Position numbers and translations under genes: made by a program. The notes under the pieces are model-generated. The model ran no database searches. It saw only the letters and a list, made by a program, of their open reading frames with translations, and was not told the DNA's origin. From contig CAXXDV010000001.1 of NCBI GenBank assembly GCA_963674745.2, positions 2,272,001-2,336,000 of the forward strand: a DNA stretch of 64,000 bases, given 5' to 3'. The DNA is from Desulfosudaceae bacterium. Lineage in GTDB: Bacteria; Desulfobacterota; Desulfobacteria; Desulfobacterales; Desulfosudaceae. This document shows positions 56,959-64,000 of this stretch, one piece after another (positions within the stretch are counted from its first letter, which is position 1; each line of letters begins with the position of its first letter).

Positions 56959-58773
56959 ATGGCACAACAATTGGCTGACAGACGGGACATGGATTTCGTC
57001 ATGTGGGAACAGCTTGGGGGTGAGGATTATATTAAAAAGTTCGGGTCCAAGGAGTTCAACAAAAAGACCTGTGACATGATTTTAAGCGAAGCCCGGACAC
57101 TGGCCATCAAGGAAATTCTGCCGAGTCTGAGCGAGAGTGACACCGAAGGGCTCAAGTTTGACGCGGGTGTTGTCAAGGTCCCGGAATCGTTTCATCGACT
57201 TCGGCACCTGCTGCTGGAAGGCGAATGGCAGAACCTTCAAGTCGAGGAAGAGATGGGCGGCCAGGGTGCGCCGGCTTTTCTGGCGGCCGCGGTCAGCGAA
57301 TATTTCATGGCCGCCAACTGGCCGCTTTATACCTATGTTACGCTGGGCTGCAGCACGGCCGGTATGATCTATCGCCACGGCACTGAGGAGCAGAAAAAAT
57401 TATATCTGGATAAACTGATTTCCGGTGAATGGGGCGGTACCATGGCCCTGACCGAGCCCAATGCCGGTACCGACGTGGGCGCCCTGGAAACCTCGGCCGT
57501 TAAAAACGAAGACGGCACCTATTCGATAAGCGGTAACAAGATCTTTATTACCAACGCCGAACAGGATCTGACCGAAAACATCATTAATCCGGTGCTGGCC
57601 CGTATTGAAGGCCATGAGCCCGGTACCAAAGGGATATCCATTTTCATCGTTCCCAAGTTCCTGGTCAACCCGGACGGCAGCCTGGGGGAAAGAAATGATA
57701 TCGTCTGCACCGGTGTCGAGGAAAAGCAGGGCATTCATGCCAGCGCCACCTGCAGCCTCAGTATGGGCTCCAAGGGCAAGTGCATCGGCTTTCTGCTGGG
57801 CGAGGAAAAAAAGGGCATGCGGATCATGTTTGAAATGATGAATGAGGCTCGTATGGCCACCGGTCTGCAGGCCTTTGCCTATTCTTCGGCTGCCTACATG
57901 ATTGCCGTTAACTATGCCCGGGAGCGGATTCAGAGCAAAGAGATCACCAGCTTTAATGACCCCAACGCGCCCTCGGTCGCGATTATCAAACATCCGGATG
58001 TACGCCGCAATCTGCTCTGGATGAAATCCCTGGTGGATGGTATGCGCAGTTTCTTCTACTATACCAGCATATTGGGCCAGAAAGCCTTGAGAGCCACGGA
58101 TGAGGCGGAAAAAGAGTTCTGTCACGACATGTTCGAGCTGCTGACCCCGCTGATCAAGGAATATTTGTCGGTCAAGGGATTTGACGTCTGCGTGCAGGCC
58201 ATGCAGGTCATGGGCGGTTCCGGTTATATTAAAGAATACCTGGTCGAGCAGTATGTCCGGGATTGCAATATCACCTCTATTTACGAAGGCTGCAGTGGTG
58301 TTCAGGCCATGGATCTGCTGGGCCGCAAGATGACCATGAAAAAAGGCCAGGTGTTTACCACCTTCCTGGGAGAGGTCAACAAGACCATTGCCAAGGCCAA
58401 GGAAATCGACGCCACCAAAGCGATGGCCGAACAGCTTGAGAAAGCCGCCAACCGTCTGGGTGAAGTGGCGATGCATCTAGGCGCCACGGCCATGGAAGGG
58501 AAAATCAAGGAAGCCTTTGCCCATTCCCTGCCGTATCTCCATGCCATGGGTGATGTCATCATGGGCTGGATGTTGCTGTGGCGGGCGATTACAGCCGCAC
58601 CGAAAGTGGAAGGTGCCAAGAAATCCGATGCTGCTTTCTATGAAGGCCAGGTTAAAACGGCTGATTTTTTCATTAACACCGTGCTTTACCAGACCATGGG
58701 GGCCATGGATTCCATTCAGGCCACCTGCGCGGCCGCCATCGAGATTCCCGATGACGGTTTCGGCGGACTGTAA
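56959..58773 (+). CDS. acyl-CoA dehydrogenase
   Basis: MALTEPNAGTD, GNKIFIT, GGSGY, IYEG. Confidence 0.93.
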   Translation: MAQQLADRRDMDFVMWEQLGGEDYIKKFGSKEFNKKTCDMILSEARTLAIKEILPSLSESDTEGLKFDAGVVKVPESFHRLRHLLLEGEWQNLQVEEEMGGQGAPAFLAAAVSEYFMAANWPLYTYVTLGCSTAGMIYRHGTEEQKKLYLDKLISGEWGGTMALTEPNAGTDVGALETSAVKNEDGTYSISGNKIFITNAEQDLTENIINPVLARIEGHEPGTKGISIFIVPKFLVNPDGSLGERNDIVCTGVEEKQGIHASATCSLSMGSKGKCIGFLLGEEKKGMRIMFEMMNEARMATGLQAFAYSSAAYMIAVNYARERIQSKEITSFNDPNAPSVAIIKHPDVRRNLLWMKSLVDGMRSFFYYTSILGQKALRATDEAEKEFCHDMFELLTPLIKEYLSVKGFDVCVQAMQVMGGSGYIKEYLVEQYVRDCNITSIYEGCSGVQAMDLLGRKMTMKKGQVFTTFLGEVNKTIAKAKEIDATKAMAEQLEKAANRLGEVAMHLGATAMEGKIKEAFAHSLPYLHAMGDVIMGWMLLWRAITAAPKVEGAKKSDAAFYEGQVKTADFFINTVLYQTMGAMDSIQATCAAAIEIPDDGFGGL

Positions 58774-58797
58774 AATCAATAAGCAGCGATAAGCAAG

Positions 58798-59922
58798 ATG
58801 ATGAACCATAAGGGGGCAGACCGGGCCGAACAACCCGGCTGCCCCCTTTTTTGTCCCGGGTGCCACGACAGGCAACGTTCGCCGGAAGAACGGCTGGCTG
58901 AAAAAGTGCGGTTCATGACAACGGTTCTGTCGCCCTGGCAGGACCGCATCGCAACCGTGCGGGAGGCCGATTTCGACCGTCGCCGGGGTTACCGTGAAAA
59001 AGTCTGCCTGTCCGCCCAATGGCGGGACCAAGGCTGGCAGCTGGGCTTTATTAAACGACAGCAACTGGTTCCTGTCCACCACTGCCCTCAGCATACGTCA
59101 CGCGTCAACGACACCTTGAATCTTCTGGCCGGTGTGCTGCCGCCGGCTGAAAAATTCCCTCTGGCCTTTTATCTGCAGTCCGGTGCGCAGGTGACACTGG
59201 TGGTTAAAGACCGTCACATGCCGGATATGTCCTGGCTGAATGCCGAAGTAAAGGATGGTCTGCAAAGCATGGGCAATGACGGTTTGTGGCTGCACCTGCA
59301 CCCATCAACCGGTCGCCGGGTGACGGCCAAAAACAAATGGCACCTGGTCTGGGGCAAGCCCCGCTCGACCGACAGGACCGGACTGGTTTACGGCCCGACC
59401 GCTTTTCAGCAACTGCTTCCGGAACTGGCCCGGGCGGCCCTGGATGTCGCGGAAACACACCTGTCGCTGAAAAGAAATGATTTTGTCCTGGATTTGTATT
59501 GCGGTATCGGCAGCAGTCTGCGACGGTGGAACCGGGAGGAATGCCGGGTGGTCGGGGTCGAGATCAATGGCGAAAGTGTGGACTGCGCACGGACCAATGC
59601 GCCGGCCGCAACCATATTAATAGGTGCCGGCCGGCACCGATTGCCCCAGTTAATGGAAATGCTTCCGCCGAACAGGGATCAGCGCCTGCTCTACGCCAAT
59701 CCCCCGCGCATGGGTATCGAGCCCGAGATAATGGACTGGATCGTGGATGGGTTCAGGCCACGCCGCATTGCCTGTCTGTCATGTAACGCCGTCAGCTTGA
59801 AAAAAGATATGAAGCGACTGACCGGCGCCGGATACAAGGTGGCACAAATCGTCCCTTATGATTTTTTCCCGGGAACGCGGTACCTGGAAATGATGGCACT
59901 CCTTATATCTAAAGGGAAATAA
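58798..59922 (+). CDS. TrmA/RlmD-family RNA uracil methyltransferase
   Basis: CxxCxGC, AFQQ, DLYCG, NPPR, LSCN, DFFP. Confidence 0.85.
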   Translation: MMNHKGADRAEQPGCPLFCPGCHDRQRSPEERLAEKVRFMTTVLSPWQDRIATVREADFDRRRGYREKVCLSAQWRDQGWQLGFIKRQQLVPVHHCPQHTSRVNDTLNLLAGVLPPAEKFPLAFYLQSGAQVTLVVKDRHMPDMSWLNAEVKDGLQSMGNDGLWLHLHPSTGRRVTAKNKWHLVWGKPRSTDRTGLVYGPTAFQQLLPELARAALDVAETHLSLKRNDFVLDLYCGIGSSLRRWNREECRVVGVEINGESVDCARTNAPAATILIGAGRHRLPQLMEMLPPNRDQRLLYANPPRMGIEPEIMDWIVDGFRPRRIACLSCNAVSLKKDMKRLTGAGYKVAQIVPYDFFPGTRYLEMMALLISKGK

Positions 59923-60019
59923 TTATAATTGACGAGACACCGGCCAGGCAGCGCTTGTCCGTGGTCTACAAACGCAGAAAATATTTCCCGGGGACAGAAG
60001 ATTATTGTATTTTAAAAAC

Positions 60020-60841
60020 ATGAGTTCAAAAAAAGAACATCAGAAAGAAAATCCAGAACACCAAAGAGAGCCATTTGCCGGAAAAGGACCCGACCGGCAG
60101 AAAATAAGCGATACGGAGGTCCCGCTTCCTCGCGGCTTTCCGGGTTCTGTTTTGTCCGGTATTATGGACTGGGCGCTGGCCGGCTGGTTTGTGGTTGGGC
60201 TGTCCGCGACGCTTCACTCCGGGACCCCTTATGAGCCATTCATGGATTTCTGGCAATGGTGGTTTGCTTATGAATTTTTCTCCTGGCTTGGACTTTTCAC
60301 TGTTACCATGTTCAGTTTCAGGGTCTATAAACAGGCCGAACCGGATTTGGAAAAGAAGGTCTGGCAGGAACCGTCTTATTGGTACGGACTTGGTATCATG
60401 CTGTTGATTCTGCTGGGCCTTCTGGGAAAAGCCTCTTATGACATGTTCGGTGATTTCTGGTTTTTTAAATATTTCCTCATTGTTTATGCGGTACGTCTTG
60501 TTTCTTTTTCCATGAAACCGGCCGATAAAGCAGTTGATAAACTAATCGAGCAGACGCTGATCTTTTTTATCTCGATGATTTCGGCTTTTTTTCTGGGAAT
60601 ACTGGTTCTGGGCGGACTTCTGTCGAAAATATTTGTGGCTGCTGCTCCGCTGACGCCATCCGGATATATTGATTCGGACGGGCATCATCATTTAACCCGT
60701 TGCGTTTATCTGCTTGCTTTCGGGACATGTTACTATTTGATCATGGGAATACTGGCCTATGTTCTTGCAAGGTACCCGCGTTTTACGCTGGCCGGTCTGG
60801 ATAACATGGGGCAGACGCGGAAAAAAACCTTTCGCCAATAG
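60020..60841 (+). CDS. hypothetical membrane protein
   Basis: About 6 TM segments. Confidence 0.7.
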   Translation: MSSKKEHQKENPEHQREPFAGKGPDRQKISDTEVPLPRGFPGSVLSGIMDWALAGWFVVGLSATLHSGTPYEPFMDFWQWWFAYEFFSWLGLFTVTMFSFRVYKQAEPDLEKKVWQEPSYWYGLGIMLLILLGLLGKASYDMFGDFWFFKYFLIVYAVRLVSFSMKPADKAVDKLIEQTLIFFISMISAFFLGILVLGGLLSKIFVAAAPLTPSGYIDSDGHHHLTRCVYLLAFGTCYYLIMGILAYVLARYPRFTLAGLDNMGQTRKKTFRQ

Positions 60842-60886
60842 GGCCGGTTGTTTTTTTAATAACGATTATTTTCAAAGGGAGACCCG

Positions 60887-61291
60887 ATGAAAACCGTATC
60901 CGTGAAAACAAACGCCAGGAAACAGATGCTGGATGTTACCGCTGAGGTGCGAAAGGCGGTCAGTGAAAGCGGCATTGAAGACGGGATGGTCGTGGCTTAC
61001 GTGCCCCACACCACGGCCGGTATTACCATTAATGAGAATGCCGATCCTGATGTCTGCCGGGATATTTTAAGCCACCTGGGCAAGCTGGTACCGGCAGACA
61101 AAAACTTCCGCCATGTCGAGGGTAATTCCGATGCCCATATCCAGGCCAGCCTCATGGGCAGTTCCGTCATGGTTATCGTCGAATCAGGCAAGCTGGTGCT
61201 GGGCACCTGGCAGTCGGTATTTTTTTGTGAGTTTGACGGCCCTCGAACCCGGAAGCTGCATTTTAAGGTGTTGCCCTCCGGTTCCATCTGA
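60887..61291 (+). CDS. yjbQ: YjbQ/UPF0047 family protein
   Basis: HTTAG...NENADP, NSDAH, LGTWQ, EFDGPR. Confidence 0.92.
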   Translation: MKTVSVKTNARKQMLDVTAEVRKAVSESGIEDGMVVAYVPHTTAGITINENADPDVCRDILSHLGKLVPADKNFRHVEGNSDAHIQASLMGSSVMVIVESGKLVLGTWQSVFFCEFDGPRTRKLHFKVLPSGSI

Positions 61292-61447
61292 TGTTTTGAA
61301 ATTATTATGGTCGATGGCGACAAATCCGTGCTGATCTGCTGTAACATTTCAATAACAGGCCTTGGCCCCTCGACCCCTGGACCCCTTGAATCCTTTGGTC
61401 AATTATAGGCGAAAGACCGTCGTCTAATGCGGGTGGTGTAACTTGTG

Positions 61448-64000
61448 TTATATGGCAACATGTTTAACCGGCAGGTCCCCGAACAGTTCCCGGGTTCCGG
61501 GATGACAGGTGAACAGCAGTGCTTGACGATTTTTAGAGAATTCATGCAGGATGGCTGCCGTGCGTTCGGCCCGTTTCGGGTCGAAATTGACCAGGACGTC
61601 GTCCAGCACCAGGGGAAGTGCTTCCGTCTTTTTTTCATACTCCTCGATAAAGCCCAACCGGATGCTGATCAGCAGCTGTTCCCGGGTGCCCCGGCTCAAC
61701 TGGTCGATCCGCCATGCCCGCTCATTCCGGTCAAAAACCAGCAACCGGGCGTCTTCCAGTGAAACCTGTATCCGCTGGTACCGGTCACCGGTGATTTGCC
61801 TGAAAATCCGGCTCGAGTTTCGGATGACCGACGGCTGCTTTTTCTGCTCATACTGGCTTTTGACCTGCTGCAGGACATGGCGGGCCAGACCGGCCGCCAG
61901 CCACTCGCTGCGGCAGCGCTCCAGTTTTTCCCGGCAGGCCGCCAGTTGCGTCATGAGCTCAGCCAGATCGGATGTGTCCCGGAGCTGTTGACGCAGGGTT
62001 TCGTCGGCACTGATTTTTCTGTTCAGCTCATCACGCTCCCGGCTTAACGCCAGCAGTCCCGATGCCACTTCGTCCAGCTCTTTTTCGATCTTCGGTTTTT
62101 CCGTGACGGTAAGGTAGGCCATGACCTCTTCGGCGGCATGAACACCGGCAATCTGCTCGATGGTCCGTATGGCCTGCCGCCGCTGTTCCCGCAACAAGCC
62201 GATCCTGTCATTGAACATATATTTTTGCTTGAAATCATCCCGGTCATCAGCCTGGATGGATGACTGCAGGCGGTTGATATTTTCTGTTATATCGACGATC
62301 GCCTGTTCGATTTTTTTCCGGGCCGTTCGCTTTTGCGCCAGCTCATTTTTGATTTGAAGCGTTTTGTTTTTCAGGGTGATAGACGCTTTGTATTCCCTTA
62401 GTATACTGGCGGCCAGAAGGGCTTTGTCGGTGTCAGTGTCCCCTTGGGTCAAGACCCGGCTCAGGTCGTTCAGTTCGGCTTCAAAAGATTGGATAAAGGC
62501 CTCTTTTTCCAGCATCCGGTTCAGACGCCTGTTCCGATCGACAATATCCAGTCGTATCTGTTCGATAAGCGTCAACGACGCCAGGGCGGCTTCCGGAGAC
62601 AGCTCCGGGGGCAAGCCAAGTTCCTCTTCGATAAAGCGGCGGAATTCATTTTCGGCCATGGCTTTTTCCGCTTCCATCCAGCCGGCTGCCTGAAGGGCTT
62701 CCTTCAATGGATCGTCCATTGTCACCAGCTTTCGGCCGGACAGCAGGATAAAAGCCATGAGCAGTAAAACGGTTCCCCAGAGGTATTCTTGAAACATGAA
62801 CAAGGGTGTCGCACCGGCCAGCAGGGCCAGGCCTGTCAGAACAAAGGCGTTACGTCCGTTAATCATCGAGCGCCGGGCTTTCAGTATGCCGATCCGGTCT
62901 TCCAGCCGATCCTGATTTTTCTGCAGTGTCTCAAGCCGACTGATAAACGCTTTGATGTGATCCCGGTGGGAAATCATGCCGGAAAACGCCAGGACAGACG
63001 CTTCCGACCAATCCGCATTTATCCCGGCGATTCGCCGGCGGATTGACTGATTCAATTCCTCGAGCGCCAGCCGGTCCTGCCGGCACTCTTCCGCCCAGGT
63101 CTTGTATTTTTCCAGGTTGAACGAGAGGCTTTCAATCTGCTGGGCGCGTGCCAGGAGCGCTTCATTATAATCTTCGGCCCGGTTTGATTCGGTGGCTGAC
63201 AGGGTATCCTGAAGATCGGTCAGTTCCCGGTTCAATCGGGCTTCTTCGGTTTCCAACCGTTCCAGGCGAGACATTCCGTCCGGCGGATAATCCTGCCATT
63301 CCGGCAGGGCCGACAACTCCCGGTCAATGCCTCTGATAATGACAAAGCTTTCATAACATTTCTCATAACAGCTGAGACGATCATGCAGTGCCTTACGTTC
63401 GGCAAAAACGGATTCCAGGTCGCTTAAGGCCTTCTCATGCCGCTTGATGTCCAGTGACAGCTGACGGTACCGTGGCAAGTGTGACTGGACGGCCGCTGTC
63501 TGCTGTTCATAAGCTTCGATTTCATGTAACAGCAGAATGGCCTCCTGTTTTTTACCGTGGGGTTTATAAATGTTTTCCCTTCGGGAAACAAGGGCCTGAT
63601 CGACCTGGTTGATGGAGATGTTTTTCAGGCCCAGGCCGACACTGAATATTTTATCTTCAACCCCGGAACGGCTTAACGATTCCAGGCCCACCAGTTCATC
63701 CAGAGAGAAAGCGTAAACATTCTCAAACAGCCGGCCGGAGGCATGCCCCAGTACCTGGCGCCAGTCATCAGTGCTGTCGCTGAAAGCATCGGCCGTATGG
63801 AGCCGGATATCTCCGGGATAACCGGCGGATCGTTCCAGGACGATTTCGGATCTATCTGTTTTCAGTGCTTTGATACGACCGCCGTGGTTACCCCCGTAAA
63901 CCGGCGGCAAACGTTGTTCCAGGGAACGCGGATACCCGAACAGTGTAAAACGGATAAACTGAAGCAGCGTGGACTTGCCGGATTCATTGCCACCGGAAAT
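61448..64000 (-). CDS. YhaN-like SMC/AAA ATPase (5'-partial)
   Basis: Frame open to 64000 with Walker A GGNESGKST; coiled coil; LSRGTREQ; LDDVLVNFD. Confidence 0.88.
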   Translation of the reverse strand: MSGGNESGKSTLLQFIRFTLFGYPRSLEQRLPPVYGGNHGGRIKALKTDRSEIVLERSAGYPGDIRLHTADAFSDSTDDWRQVLGHASGRLFENVYAFSLDELVGLESLSRSGVEDKIFSVGLGLKNISINQVDQALVSRRENIYKPHGKKQEAILLLHEIEAYEQQTAAVQSHLPRYRQLSLDIKRHEKALSDLESVFAERKALHDRLSCYEKCYESFVIIRGIDRELSALPEWQDYPPDGMSRLERLETEEARLNRELTDLQDTLSATESNRAEDYNEALLARAQQIESLSFNLEKYKTWAEECRQDRLALEELNQSIRRRIAGINADWSEASVLAFSGMISHRDHIKAFISRLETLQKNQDRLEDRIGILKARRSMINGRNAFVLTGLALLAGATPLFMFQEYLWGTVLLLMAFILLSGRKLVTMDDPLKEALQAAGWMEAEKAMAENEFRRFIEEELGLPPELSPEAALASLTLIEQIRLDIVDRNRRLNRMLEKEAFIQSFEAELNDLSRVLTQGDTDTDKALLAASILREYKASITLKNKTLQIKNELAQKRTARKKIEQAIVDITENINRLQSSIQADDRDDFKQKYMFNDRIGLLREQRRQAIRTIEQIAGVHAAEEVMAYLTVTEKPKIEKELDEVASGLLALSRERDELNRKISADETLRQQLRDTSDLAELMTQLAACREKLERCRSEWLAAGLARHVLQQVKSQYEQKKQPSVIRNSSRIFRQITGDRYQRIQVSLEDARLLVFDRNERAWRIDQLSRGTREQLLISIRLGFIEEYEKKTEALPLVLDDVLVNFDPKRAERTAAILHEFSKNRQALLFTCHPGTRELFGDLPVKHVAI

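Noticed and set aside
57400..58476. 358-aa antisense ORF and similar long shadow ORFs
   Set aside because: They are antisense to clear housekeeping genes and are a codon-bias artefact.

Overview
The window has two parts, and gene content suggests a Desulfobacterota (Desulfobacterales-like) genome (inference). Part one (1-17.9 kb) is the distal part of an AT-rich integron cassette array: 19 cassettes and 19 host attC sites, mostly two long (~123-129 bp) families. No intI is visible; it would lie left of the window. Cassettes mostly encode membrane, secreted or lipoproteins, ankyrin/HEAT proteins and a terminal BrnT-like toxin-antitoxin pair. Four different mobile elements sit precisely in attC sites: a sense-strand, non-IIC group II intron in an R' core; a 216-bp MITE duplicating the GTT crossover triplet; a 2.3-kb tyrosine recombinase + IS91 transposase element in R'' that carries its own attC-like hairpin and needs a -1 frameshift to complete its recombinase; and a 133-bp IS1111-like remnant. 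Part two (18.1-64 kb) is core chromosome: tRNA-Val(CAC), scpBA, trpS, M50 protease, tRNA nucleotidyltransferase, pilC/pilS, lysS, lol-bamA-skp-lpx-msbA, a kinase/PP2C operon, a glycosylation cluster, a split purH, rsmA, an acyl-CoA dehydrogenase and a YhaN-like ATPase. Features missing from the ORF track include a two-UGA glutaredoxin-like selenoprotein (42130-42366) and a probable sigma54-driven structured sRNA with an anti-Shine-Dalgarno C-rich loop (~53510-53752).
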